The position numbers were made by a program, and so were the translations under genes. Positions 10,187 to 23,864 of a stretch of 64,000 nucleotides of DNA are shown here, piece after piece. How positions within the stretch are numbered: position 1 is the first letter of the stretch; every line of letters starts with the position of its first letter. The notes under the pieces are model-generated. The model did not search any database and was not told the origin of the DNA. It saw only the letters and a program-made list of their open reading frames with translations. The DNA lies in the NCBI GenBank assembly GCA_025603075.1, contig MU626339.1, forward strand, positions 1-64,000, written 5' to 3'. The stretch comes from Neoconidiobolus thromboides FSU 785 (lineage: Eukaryota; Fungi; Entomophthoromycota).

Positions 10187-11869
10187 ATGCGTCCTCAACG
10201 CTCTTGTGTCAACTGCAAAAAAAGAAAACAAAAATGTGATTTAATGCTTCCGTGTTCTAGATGCATTAAACTGGGGGTAGAGTGTACCTTTCTATCTAGT
10301 AAACCTAAGGAGAAGGCAAAATTAATCCCAAAGATATTACAAAAAGATGCAATTCGATTAGAAAAAAAATGGTCTCAATTGGAATCTATGGTCAAAAAAT
10401 ACCATTTAGATGAATTGATAACTGATAATACTCCATTATCGGATCCTGTATTAACACCTGAAACTAGTTCTTCTAGTTGTGCAGAATTGGAAGAAAATAT
10501 GACTGTAAAAAAATTGTTTTATTATCCTAGTAAAGGTAAAATTCATATTTCTATTAATTCAGGATTTAAGTTCACAATATTAATCTAGATATCCCCAAAG
10601 AATACCATTTAGTTAATGTCTTTTTCGTCTATCATCACAACACTTTTCCTTATTTAAACGAAGATCGAGTAAGAAAAATAGTTGTTTCAGGAGATGAAAG
10701 GGATATGACATTAATCTCCGCCATCTGTTCCTTTGCTTTAAAAACATATGAATTTTTATTGGGTGAAGAAATTTCTTCTATTGATATCAATCCGTATTAT
10801 AAAAAAACAAGACGATTACTAACTTCTGATTTTAAACCCAGTTTAAGTTTATTACAAGCTACATTAATTTCACATACTATGGAAACAGGTAATGCACATC
10901 CTATCAAATCCTCTTGTTTATCAGCAGAATGTATCAAAATGGGACAAATATTGAATTTACATACAATGAATTTGGATCTGGATGCGAGTAAACTAAATGA
11001 TTATGAAAAAGAAAGAGTCAAAACTTGGATTCAATGTTTAAATTTGGATCAATTATCTTCCCTCTTTTGTGGCAAACCAGCGTATAATAGGTTAACTGAT
11101 TTAACGTCTATTGATAATGATTTGGTTCATAGACTAATCAATTCAAATAGTAATTTCATTTTGGTAAGTAGAAGTAACATGAATATTGTAAGTATAGTTT
11201 ATTAATGTAATTCTTTTTATATAGAATCGACAAGAAAGAGAATATATATTATGTCAAATCTTTTATCATATGGTTAAAATTAAGTCCAAATTATTTGAAC
11301 TAAACAAAATATTAACAGAAAGAAATTACAACTATGAAGAAATAAGGAACAATTTGAAAAAAATTATTGAAAGAATAGACGAAATTAATATAATTGACAA
11401 AACAGCCAACCCTCATTTTGATAGTATTAATATTAATGAAGCTTTTCATCCTAATATTCATTATTTATCTTATTTATCTTTGTTTACCTTTAAACATACA
11501 CTATCTACAGTAGCTCATTATTTATTATACCAATTATTAGAAACAGGAAGTAGTAGTGATGCTATCGAATCTATTAAACACCACAGTTTAGCTAAAGCAG
11601 AAGGCATTGCATTAATTGAGAAAATTAAAGGGGCAGAAGAGAGGTTTGAGAAACTCCTAATGAACGGTAAAGGTAAAGTGATTTATGCTTGCCATTTTTG
11701 TCCAAGTTTAGGAATTGAATGGGCTATGCTTCCTCATGTCACAGAACAAAATGTGTGTTCTAAGAAGTTTATTGGTTTATGTTCAGATATTTTCAAGGAT
11801 TTCGGAGTGTTTTGGCCTACTATCAACAACCTCACATGTAGAAGAAGAATTTCAAATATTAATTTATAA
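10187..11869 (+). CDS. Zn2Cys6 + Fungal_trans transcription factor, paralog TF1 (3 exons)
   Basis: SCVNCKKRKQKCDLMLPCSRCIKLGVEC cluster. Introns at about 10536-10588 and 11164-11224. Middle region has SLLQATL...ERVKTWIQCLNLDQLSSLFCGKP. Confidence 0.9.
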
Positions 11870-12019
11870 AATATATGCCTATTAATAATAAAGATTAAAG
11901 TTTTGTTTGTTATATAAATATTTTATTTATTTTATCTATTAAGAATAATTTTATTTCTTAGAGTTTTTAATTCAATATAAATTTTGACTTTGAAAAATTA
12001 TTTCTTTTTTTAAATTTTA

Positions 12020-12634
12020 ATGCTTTTCAATTCACTTTTAAAAACCAAATTTATCAATTTACGATCTTTATCAACTTCAAGTAGTATTATGAATGAATTG
12101 AAACCTTTGGAAACTTTAATAAAATCGAAGGTATTATTAATTACTATTATAATAAAATAGCGGCAACGGCAATTAGAAATATAGCTCTATTTTTATTAGA
12201 ATTTGTTTTTAACTTTTTTTAGTTAGAGAAAGCTTATAATCCAACTACCTTAGAGATTGTAAATGACAGTCATAAACATTCTCATCATACTGCTATGAGA
12301 GGAGTAACCAGTAAGGAGACCCATTTCAGGTAAGTAGCTTTATTTATTTAAAGTAAAGACAATGTCATTTTTCAAGATGTAGTATTAATATTTAATTTTT
12401 TTAAATTTTAGAGTGACCATTGTATCCTCCGAATTTAAAGGCAAGGTAAGAATGATTTTATTTCTATAATTGAAATCATAAAACCTATAAAATTATTTTA
12501 TTCATTTTTTCAAATATTCCATTTAGAACTTAATGCAACGTCACAGAATGATATATAAAACGTTAGAAGAAGAAATGCAAGATGGGAAAGTTCATGCTTT
12601 ACAATTAAAAACTAAAACTTTGGAAGAGGTCTAA
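12020..12634 (+). CDS. BOL1: Mitochondrial BolA-like protein (Bol1/Uvi31 type), 4 exons
   Basis: Missed by the ORF track. MLFNSLLKTKFINLRSLSTSSS presequence | LEKAYNPTTLEIVNDSHKHSHHTAMRGVTSKETHFR | VTIVSSEFKGK | NLMQRHRMIYKTLEEEMQDGKVHALQLKTKTLEEV*. Confidence 0.9.
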
Positions 12635-13437
12635 ATTAGAGAAAACTTCATTTTTAATATTATAAAGTATCCTTGATTTTACTGAATTCTATTATATTAC
12701 TAAAAGAAATTCATTTATAAAATTTTCAAATATGAGTTTAGATTTAACTTTATTTACAATTGCCATATTTTTCCTTTTGTTACAAATTCGATTTAGATAT
12801 AAATACTTCTAGGCTATTCTTCACATAACAGCCTTTATATATATATGGGTTAAACTGTTCTTCATCTTCCAACTTTGTCAGGACTACTAACCAAATTGCC
12901 TATTTCGGAAGTCTGATATTATAATTGAATAATAACTGATAAAAAGTTGAATGCATTTTGGGAAGTAATATAAAGAAGATTAATGCCAGAGTCATTGCTA
13001 ATTTTGATGATATATATTAAATGTGAATAGAAAATGTAATAACTTAACGTACTTTATATTCATAGAAAGTATACAAGCGATTGGATCTTTTCCTCTGAAA
13101 TATCCTTTTGTCCAAAGTTTTGTTTATTTTCTGAAATAAAAGTAAGTTTTTAATCTTGTTAGTTTCGTAGTCTGGTTAACTTAGCCTAAAGTATACTATC
13201 TATCTTACACTTACTTAAGAAGGCTTTAAACCTTCCTACTACTATTGATCAAGCATTGAGTTTAGCTCGCTATAGATTATATCAGCTTATAGCTTGGTAC
13301 GCCATAGGGCTTAAGGATCTCAAGGCTCTTGTGGCTTACATATACAGTGCTGTAATCTTGAAATAATCCACGAAACTTTTTAAAGGATAACCATACTAAC
13401 ACAACGAACCTCAGACCAATATATAAAACCAAACAAT

Positions 13438-15178
13438 CTAACCCGGAGTAAGGGGTATAATAGAACCAGGTATATGCACCTTCATCATTTGATTTTTAGC
13501 TAAAGGATCTTTAATAATTGGATAAAAGGCACTAAACTCTTGTTGTTTTTTTTGACATTCAGCAATGAATTTTTTAGAGCAAGCATTTGTATCCCCCTGA
13601 TGACTAAGCATTGCTAATTCCAACCCTAAACAATAACAGAAATGAGAGCCATATATTATTTTTTTAGATTCTTCGGATAGTAGGGTACTGTATCTTTCTT
13701 CAGTAAGTGTTATTAGTTTGTATAATTTAATGCTGTCTAAGCGTGCTTGAGAGTGATATTCGATAGATATTAAAAAATCGGCTTGATCGCCTAATTCGGT
13801 TATTTTATAAATTATAAAGTTAGCGAGTAAAGTAAGGGATAATTTAAAAGCAACCATAGTAAGGTTAGAGATAAAAGTATAATCATCGATAGTGGCGTGG
13901 TTGACCATGTTTAATACTTCATCTTCATGTTGGATTGGATACTGTGGAAACACTAGTTTCACGGATGTTAATATTTCATTCAACTTTTTATGAATTTCTT
14001 TAGTGTTGTAATTTCCGTTTTGTAGTGAATTATTGATCCAAAAAGCAGAGCTTTTCATTTTTACCATATGATGAAAAAAGTTGACAAATAAATATTCTTT
14101 TTCTTTATGACACTACAAATGGCTGTTACTATTATTATAATGTATTATTATTATTATATTTACCGGTATGGAATGCTTATACATCTGTCCCAAATCTTTA
14201 TCAATGATGTTATCTAAAAGTGATTCATTATTTTTTGTATGTGATGGTTTTGAGTGGAATAAAGAAACTAACATATCTAGCGATAAACAATGAGTCCAAG
14301 ATTTGATTGATTCCATTTCAACATCAGTTAACTCAGATGGGTTTTTAGTAGTATCTAAGTTATGTAATCCTAAAATTTGACCAATTCTAAATAAATCATT
14401 AATTCATGTACTAAGACTACACAAACAGTATATTTACTTAATAGCTTCTGCAGATATACAAAATGCTTTAAACGGCCTTGAATGGCCCATCTCCAAAAAT
14501 TCAAGCAATATCATAGCTTGAAAAACACTTAAACTAGGCTCTTTGTATTGACTTAAAAGGCTACTACTATGTCGAAAATAAGGATTGTTATCGATTTCCA
14601 ATAATGGAAGTTTATTTAAATAGTTATAAACTTTCAAAGCGACTGCATAGATAGCGGATATCAATGTTTGGTCCGCTAAATCTTGACTATAAATAATAGA
14701 ACGTACCCGTAATTCACATAAAAAAGGTTGAGCTGGGTGATGATACTTAAAGTAGATATCGATAAGTTTTAGTTCGGTTTCTGGGTATATTAAGTCATTG
14801 ATCATTAATAAAAACACTCTAATTACCTGTATTCATTAACTCCATATCCTTTGTAATGTAGCTTTGTTTTTTAGCAGAATTTATTAATGACTCATGCATC
14901 TGATTCTTTCTTGAAGTTGTCGAAATGGAAGAAATAGGACCATTGTTTTCTGGGAGGGAGCTTATGACAGACTTACAATTGTGTAACAACCTTTTCATTT
15001 TATTCCATTTTTTATTTAGCCTCTTAATGTCTTTATCATTAATATCATCCATTAAATCTTCTCTACAATTTAAGTATTTACAATCTATCTCAAGGTTGGT
15101 ACATCTAGTACATGGATAACTTAAATCACATTTTTGTTTACGCTTGTGACAGCTTACACAACTCTTTCGTGGACGCAT
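13438..15178 (-). CDS. Zn2Cys6 + Fungal_trans transcription factor, paralog TF2 (4 exons)
   Basis: SCVSCHKRKQKCDLSYPCTRCTNLEIDC. Three short GT-AG introns join ORFs 14819..15178, 14434..14817, 14113..14316 and 13438..14067; junctions checked by eye are in frame. Confidence 0.9.
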
Positions 15179-15543
15179 TGAACAATTTAATTTCAGTTTA
15201 GTTGACTATTTTTTAAAAGTGAAGTTTAGTAGATTACAATTTAAATTGGGATTAATTGCTTATGACTAATTCTGGAATTAGGAATAAAAAATAAAGCAAT
15301 TTAGCCGAAAGATGATGATCTTTAACATCTTTTGGATAGGTACTTTGGCAGACTTTTGTAGCTTTAATACGACGATTAGTTTCGTTTTACTTTATACAAT
15401 CTTCTTTTTTATATTTTTTATAAATTATATCACATTATTATGGTATGAGGCTAGTCAAGAAGTTTATTTTATAAAAATATATACATTTTATCTTGAAGCG
15501 AAATGAAAAACCTAACTATTTATTTCTTCGTTTATATTTTAAA

Positions 15544-15758
15544 GTTGCCATCATGTTGACTGAGTTTGATGGGAAGGTAAGAAGAATGAGATACAATTTG
15601 AGAAAATCATAACTGAATTCAGAAACTTTCGTATTTCTCAATTTATAAATAAGCTTGATGCAATGTCATAAAATGATGTCTACAACTTTGAATATGAGCT
15701 GGAAGAAAGAAAAGCGCATACTTTACAATTTACAATTAGAGCTTTAGAAGAAGTTTGA
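15544..15758 (+). pseudogene. BolA relic (exons 3-4)
   Basis: VAIMLTEFDGK|gtaag matches VTIVSSEFKGK|gtaag. LMQCHKMM...(frameshift)...LEERKAHTLQFTIRALEEV* matches LMQRHRMI...MQDGKVHALQLKTKTLEEV*. Confidence 0.8.
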
Positions 15759-16136
15759 AGAGGGAGAAGACTGGTTTTGATGTTATAAAATCATCTAAGT
15801 TGTAGTAAGGGTTTTAGTTTTCATTAACACATCATTGCCATTTAAAGGTCTATAAAATAGAAGCGGTTTTATCAAAGTTATAAGTTCAATAATGATACTA
15901 ACAAAAATAACATTGTATTAATTTTACTAAATCGATTTAGATAAATATATTATGTAGGCTGATAACTACTCTTTACAACATAGTCTTTTAGATTAAGAAA
16001 CCGTTTTTTATTTATCCCCCAGCTTAAGGATAATATACGTTATTTTCAAAACAACGCAGTAGCAAAGCTATAAAACTTTTAATTGGTATATAAGCCAAGC
16101 AACAAAACAAAAAGTACGAATAACTAGCATAAATAA

Positions 16137-17882
16137 TCATGTGTTATAATTAGGAGTAGGGGGTACAATTGAATCGGGTACATGCACTTTCATCATTTGG
16201 CTTTTCGTCAAAGGATTTTGAATTAAAGGCCAGAAGACGCTAAACTCATGCTGTATTTTTTGACACTCAACAGCGAAACTTTTAGAGGAGGTAGTAGTGT
16301 CCGACTGATGACAAAGTATAGCAATTTCTAACCCTAAACAATAACAAAAATCTGAGCCATAAATTACTTTACTGAAATCCTTAGATAGCAGAGTACAATA
16401 TCTTTTTTCTGTTAGACTTAATAACTGGTATAATTTAATACTATCTAGATATGCTTTTGAACGATATTCAATAGATATTATAGAATCAGCTTCGTCCCCA
16501 AGCTCAGTTACTTTGTATATCAGAAAATTAGCAAATAAACTAAATGATATTTTTAAGGCAGCTAAAACAAGGTTTGATATAAAAGTACTATCATCAATAG
16601 TGATATCATGAACCATATTTAATACTTCATCTTCCATTTGGATTGAGTGTTGAAAAAACGCTAATTTCATGGCTTGTATTAATCCAAGTAGTTCATAATA
16701 AACTTGTTTGATACTATAACTTCCACTTTGTAAAGCATTATTAATCCAAATTATTGAACTTTTTAACTTCACCATATAATGAAAAGAATGAACAAATAAA
16801 TATTCTTTTTCTTTATGACACTACAAAATATTGTTACTATAATTATAAATCTAGTGTCACTGTTATTCTACTTACCGGTAATATGAGCATATATAATCCT
16901 TCCAATTCTTTATTAATGGTATTTTTTAATAGCGATTCGTTATTTTTAAAATGAGACGGTTTTGATTGAAATAAACTAGTCAATGTGTCCAAAGTTAAAC
17001 AATGAACCCAAGATTTTATTGATTCCATTTCAGTATCTGTTAATTCAAATGGACTTTGATTAACATTTAAGTTATGTAAACCCAAAATCTGTCCAATCCT
17101 AAAAAATTATAATCTCACGTTATTAACTACTAAAAAATCGCATACTTAATAGCTTCTGTGGATAAGCAAAACGCTTTAAATGGCCTTGAATGTCCCATTT
17201 CCATAAATATCAGCAGCATCATAGCTTGTAAAACATTCAAACTTGGTTCTTTTCTTTTACTTAAAAACTTCTTAGTATATTGATAATAAGGATTATTGTC
17301 AATCTCTAACAGTGGTAAACGTTTTAAATAATTATAAATTTTTAAAGCAATTGCACATATTGCTGATAGCAATATTCGATCCTCTAACTCTTGGCTAAAA
17401 ATCATGGAACGCACTCGGAATTCGTTTAAAAAAGGTTGTGTGGGGTGATGGTATTTGAAATAAATATTTAAAAGTTCTTGCTCAATTCCTAAAATTTAAG
17501 ATTGATAAATGAATACTAAATAAACTATTCTATTTTTACTTGTATTACACAACTTGACAACATACGGACTAAAGTTTTGTCTTTTGCCTAGATTCATTAT
17601 TAACTCTGGCATCTTACGATTCATTGTTATTGATGAGATGGAAGGGTATCGATTGTTACCTTCTATAATGGATTTAAGATTTTGTGCTAGCACTTCTACC
17701 ATATTCCATTTTTTTTCTAACCTCTCAATGTCTTTTGTATTGATATATCCAATTGCATGCTTTTCATTTTGGTTCAAATACTGGCAAGTTGCCCCAATCT
17801 TGATGCATCGGGCACAAGGGTAAGTCAAATCACATTTTTGCTTACGCTTGTAACAGCTTGTACAGCTCTTCTGTGGACGCAT
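16137..17882 (-). CDS. Zn2Cys6 + Fungal_trans transcription factor, paralog TF3 (4 exons)
   Basis: SCTSCYKRKQKCDLTYPCARCIKIGATC; same exon layout as TF2. Confidence 0.88.
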
Positions 17883-18663
17883 TTGGTGTTTTTTATATGT
17901 ATTGTTAGTTGATAGTTTGTCTAAAAAGAATGGCTATTGTACTAATATGATTTAATTGTTTGATGACAATTCTGAAGTTAAAAATAAAACAAACGAAAGT
18001 TTTTACGAGGTGGCAGCAAAAACTTTAATCTTTAACTAGTGCTTTCATAAACTTTATTAACTTTTGTATTTGATTTTTGCGTTTATTTTGTAGAATCTAT
18101 ACCTTTATGATTTAGTTATAGAATAGATAATGCTATATTATCATATTATCATATTATTTATATAGTCGATGCTTTATTAGTATATTATTTTTATTAATCT
18201 AACAATCAACACGTCAAATTATAATACTCAAAATAGTGTGCTGTGGAGAATAGAATAAAAAAGTTCATTCGACTTCAAACTTGGGAAGAAGAATACCTTA
18301 CCGAGATAGAAGTTGTTCTCCCGATATCGAATTTTTAGCTTATTAACGCCAAATATTAGTAATTTATATCAGGCGATTTCTTTATGAGAAAATGCCATTT
18401 TCTGTTTCATTGCTTTATTTATAGCTTTTCTCAATTTGTCTATAAAAAATGAACAAATAAACGAAAATAAGAGAGACATTCCAATATATATTTTGTTTTA
18501 CTATAATAAACTTAAATTAAATAAATACGCTAACAAGTGTAATAATTAATATTCACGAAATAATCTTCTCATCTTATAAAGCTATCCTTCTACTAATCCC
18601 CCAATTCAGGATAACGTCATATTTTTTAATTTTGTAATATAATGTTATTAAGACAACAATGCG

Positions 18664-20429
18664 CTAATCTCTTACCACATCTTGATCAAAATGATCGAGT
18701 GTAGAAGGGACAATTGAACTAGGTACATGTACCCTCATCATCTGGTTTTTGGTTAAAGGGTTTTTAATAAGGGGCCAAAACACGCTAAACTCTTGCTGTT
18801 TTATTTTACATTTAGTAATGAAATTTTTAGAGCTAGCAGTAGTATCGGATTGATGACAAAGCATAGCAATTTCCAACCCTAAACAAAAGCAAAAATGAGA
18901 GCCATAGGCTATTTTGTTGAGATCCTTGGATAACAGTTGAGTATATCTTTCTTCGGTAAGCATTAATAGTCTATATAGCTTGATGCTGTCTGAACGGGCT
19001 TGGGAGTGGTGTTCGATGGATTTTAAAATATCATCTTCATCCCCAAACTCAGCTATTTTGTATATGAGAAAGTTTGTAAATAAACTGAGCAGCAATTTAA
19101 AGGTTGCTAAAACAAGGCTTGATATAAAGGTATTATCATCAATAGTAATATCATGGATTGTGTTTAACACCTCATCTTCTGTTTGAATCGAGAATTGGAA
19201 ATACCCTAGCTTCATGACCTCTTGTAATTCTAGCAATTGTTTATAAATTTCTTTGCTATTATAGTTTCCACTTTGTAGAACGTTATTGATCCAAACGGTC
19301 GAGCTTTTCAATTTTACCATGTGATGGAAAAACTGAATAAAAAAATATTCTTTCTCTTTACGACCCTATAATTTATTATTACTTTTGCTATGAATTTAGC
19401 ACTATATTATCCTACTTACCGGCGTAATATGTTTACATATCTCTCCCAGATCTTTAATAGTAGTACTTTCTAAAGGTGACCCATTATTTGGAGTGTGGGA
19501 CGGTTTAGAATGAAACAAAGAAATTAAAATATCCATTGATAAACAATAAGACCAACATTTACTTGATTCCATTTCAGCTTCTGTTAACTCGGATGGGTTT
19601 CTAGTAGTATCTAAGTTATGTAGCCCTAAAATATGACCAATTCTAAAAAAAGTATTATGTTATCAAAACTACTTAAAAGAATTTGCCTACTTGATAGCTT
19701 CCGCTGAAATACAAAATGCTCTAAATGGCCTTGAGTGTCCCATTTCCATAAACTCTAGCAATAACATAGCTTGTAAAACTCTTAAACCTGGGCCCTTTTT
19801 TTCAATTAATAGTTTTCTAGTATGCTGATAATAAGGGTTATCGTCAATTTCCAGTAATGGTAATCTTTTTAAATAGTTGTGAATTTTTAAAGAAATTGCA
19901 CAGATTGATGATATCAATATTTGATCTCCTAAATCCTGACTACGATATAATGCGCGCACCCTAGATTCACATAGAAAAGGCAATGCGGGATGGTGGTATT
20001 TAAAATAAATATCTATGAGCTCTAGCTCAATCCCTAAAATTTGTTTAATCTATGGTTAGTTATAAAAAAATCACTCTTACTTGTATTTGTCAACTCAATT
20101 GTTTGTGGGCTAGAGCTATATATTTTATCAGAGTCCATAGTTAGTTCTGGGATCTTACCACTTGTTGTGATTGTCGAAATAGACGAATTGGAATTATTGC
20201 TTTCTGGTGGAGAGTTTATTATTGACTTGAAGTTTTCTACTAACTCTTCCATTTTACTCCATTTTTTATCTAACCTCTTGATGTCTTCCGCATTAATATC
20301 TTCAATTACATCTTTTTGATTTAAATATTGACAATCTACTCCAATTTTAATGCATCGACTACATGGATAGCTTAAATCACACTTTTGTTTACGCTTATGA
20401 CAGCTTATACAGCTCTTTTGAGGACGCAT
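18664..20429 (-). CDS. Zn2Cys6 + Fungal_trans transcription factor, paralog TF4 (4 exons)
   Basis: SCISCHKRKQKCDLSYPCSRCIKIGVDC; same exon layout as TF2. Confidence 0.88.
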
Positions 20430-21613
20430 TTGGTGATTTTGTTTTAATGTGCTGTTTGTTGGTTACTTTGTATAAATCGATAAATTACAATTAAAATTTT
20501 TCAGTTGTTTATATTGATTTTATAAGCGAGAATAAACTGAAAGTAATTTAGTTTACCCGAAAAATAAACGAACAATGTTATTTAAATGGGTGTTTAGGAA
20601 ATTTTGTATATTTAGTACAACAATTAGTTTTCCTTTGCTTTATATAATATTTTTTTTATTGAGCTCTTTATGAATCATAGTATACTCTTATACCATTCAT
20701 ATACTCACTTACCTCTAATTACTTTCTTGCTAATAATTGTTTTTACAATTTGATGATTAATATAACTATAAATTTTTTTAAAAGATGTGGTGCAGAACAA
20801 CGAAATTTCTTGATTGAATTTAAACTTAACAAGGATAATGTCATATCAAGGAACAAAATATTCTTTCATTTTAATATTTATCAACTATTCTTGATAGATG
20901 CTGACAATTCGTTATTAAATATGTAGTCTATATTCAATTGTTGTTATTGTTTCAAGATTTTTTTGACAAATCTTTTTAGCCAGAAGAATGCCAAAAAAAA
21001 ATTATAACTGCAAATATTTCCCACAGCTACTTGCTTAGAATTACAGGCAAGGGTTGACTAGTAAGTAAATGCATTAACGAGGTATTTGTTTACTTTCAAA
21101 AATATGAAACTATTTAGCAATTTATTTGTCTGTATTTTAGAACTACCATCATTTCATTTAAACTTAAAAGAGAGTTGGGAAGATTGAATATAGATACTAT
21201 CTTATAACTATATCTATGAAATGTGCCTTTTTCTATTTATTTAGTCTGTTTTATTTCACTATATTACTTAACACAGAGTATAAGATATTAGCCAGGTAAG
21301 TAGTGCCTTTTCATTGTAAAAAAGTCCTATTTTAGATAAAGGTTTATATAAAAATTAGATATTCCCAAAGTTTCTTTTTTTGGGCAAACCTTAGTTAAAA
21401 GGCTATTAATTAAAAATTAATCCTTGATTGAATTGATATAACTAAAATAAATTCTAAGCAAAAAAATAAAACTTAGCCTGAAAAAGTGAATCTATTTAAC
21501 TAGATAGCTGTCTTATTGAATTTTTTTTTTAAAGATAAGCAGTATCTTATTAATCGTAAGAAGCTAAAGTTATTTTTTTAATCAAATGTTTTTAAAATAT
21601 TAACAGACTATTT

Positions 21614-21712
21614 GAGGATGTATTTTTGTGTTTATGAATTTTAGTAATAATTTTTCCGTTCAAATAGGGCTTAAAAAATGGAAAAAGTAATGAAACCAAA
21701 AAAAACATCAAC
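21614..21712 (+). mobile_element. MITE copy 4
   Basis: GAGGATG...CATCAAC; perfect ATTT/ATTT flanks. Confidence 0.9.
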
Positions 21713-22127
21713 ATTTATTGAAAATTAAGTATTTATTAATTTATAAAATTGGATTTCTTGCTATAGTCTATGAATTCCCTGCCATCATTTCTGCCCAAAA
21801 AAGAAAGCTATTCTAGGAATACCTAGTAATTTGATTTAAAAACCAACTATTATAAACTTTCGATAAGACCGGGTTGGGACTAGGGCTTTTATTTTAAGAT
21901 TAATTAGCGATTTGCTCCATAAAAATCAATGCTGCCAAAAAAGCAGTTGTTACCTTGGTCAGTATCCTTTACATTTTATTTTTACGATAGTAAGCGCACT
22001 TTACATAAGCAATTAACAACACATCACTCTAAAAAAAGGCCTTATATGAATAGATATTCCTGCTATCTATTGCTTTTGGGTTAATATAATAGCGATAACA
22101 CGGTAAACCTTTAACTAGCATATCTAA

Positions 22128-23864
22128 TTAAGCGTTATAATCTAATATAAGAGAGACGATGAAACTAGGTATATATACCTTCATTATCCAACTTTTCGTT
22201 AAAGAGCTTAATAAAAGACCGGAATGCACCAAATTGTTTTTTTTAACATTTAGAAATAATTTTTTTAGGATAAACACTAGAATCTGATTGATGGTAAAGT
22301 ATAGCTATTTCCAAGCCTAAGCAATAAAAAAAATGAGAGCCATAGATTATTTTATTGAAATTATTGGGTAATATACAATCATATCTTTTTTCGGTAAGTG
22401 CCAACAGCTTACATGATTTAATGCTACCTAAACCGACTTGGAAATAGTGTTCCATGAATAATAAAAAACTGTCTCCATTTCCAGACTTGATAACTTCGTA
22501 TATGAAAAAATTAACATGTAAATTAAGAACTAATTTGAATATTGCTAAGATGAGGTTTGATATAAAAATGTTATCTTCAATAGTGATATCATAGGTTATA
22601 TTCAATACCCCATTTTCAGTCTAAACTAAATTTTCAGAATAAATAATCTCACACCTTCTGTTAATTCGATCAGTTTTTTATAAATTTCCTTAGTGTCATA
22701 ATTTTCGTTTTGTAAAGCATCGTTGTTCCAAAATGTCGAGCTTTTCGGCTTGAATATGTAGTATAAAAGGTGGATGAACAAAGATTCTTTTTCTTTACAG
22801 GCTTATAAAATTATTATTGCTACAAAAATAAAGTTACTGTTATTGTTTTAATTATCGATATGATATGTTTATACAATTCTCTTAAATCTTTAATAAAAGT
22901 GATATCTAAAAATGACTCGTTGTTTGGATTGTGGGGCGGTTTGAAATGAAACAAAGAAGTTAATACATTTATTGATAAACAGTAAACCCAGGACTTTATA
23001 GTCTCAACTTTGGTTTTTGTTAACTTAGATGAATTCTTTAAAATATTTAAGTATGCAAACCTAAAATTTTCCCAATTCTGAAAAATTATACTTGTTATTA
23101 AAATTACTAAAAAATCGCATACTTAATAACTTCTGTGGATAACCAAAACACTTTAAATGCCCTTGAATCCCTCATTTCTATAAGCTCTAGTAACAACATA
23201 GTCTGTAGAACACTTAAACTTGGTTCTTTTCTTTTGCTTAAAAGTTTTCTAGCATTTTGATAATATGAACTATCATCTATATCTAACAATGATAAACACT
23301 CTAAATAATTGCAGATTTTTATACCAATTGTGCGTATTCCAGATATCAATGTTTGATTCCCTAAATCTTGACTATGAATGATGGATCATACCCTTAATTC
23401 ATGTAAAAAAGATTGTACTGAGTGGTGGTATTTGAAATAAATATCTAAAAGCTCTTGTTCTACTTCAAAAATTGAATTCATTAAACTTCATAAAATGAAA
23501 TGATTTGTTTACTTGTATTTTTCAACTTCAACGTTTGCGGGCTAAAGCAATGTCTTTTGACGGAGCCCGTTTTTATTTCTGGAATCTCATTATTAGGTTC
23601 TGTTGTCAGGATATAATTAGAGTTATTGCTTTCTAATGTATATTTTATGATATTTTTGTAATTTTCCAATAACTCTTCGATGTTGCACCATTTTTTATCA
23701 AGTCATTCAAAATCTTTAGCACCAATACCTCCAGCCGCCTCTTCTCCCTTTTAGCTTAAGTATTGACAATGCACCCCAACTTTGATACATCGACTACATA
23801 GGGAGCTTAAATTATACTTTTATTTACGCTTGTGGCAACTCATATAGCTTTCTTGTGTATGCAC
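22128..23864 (-). pseudogene. Zn2Cys6 transcription factor pseudogene, paralog TF5
   Basis: GTG in place of ATG. Cluster reads SYMSCHKRK*KYNLSSLCSRCIKVGVHC (two Cys to Tyr, in-frame stop). Further stops and frameshifts; remnants of all four exons are present. Confidence 0.9.

Noticed and set aside
20880-21310. Splice-site-like stretches (ttag...ccag|gtaagt) upstream of TF4, with partial similarity at about 27150-27330
   Set aside because: Probably co-duplicated flank. No coherent reading frame or recognisable protein could be assembled.
23100-23864. RIP-like CpA to TpA signature in the TF5 pseudogene
   Set aside because: Five or six changes in the Zn cluster fit CpA/TpG, but exon 2 shows C to T changes in CpT, CpC and CpG contexts too. 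General AT-biased decay explains it; a full context count would be needed.
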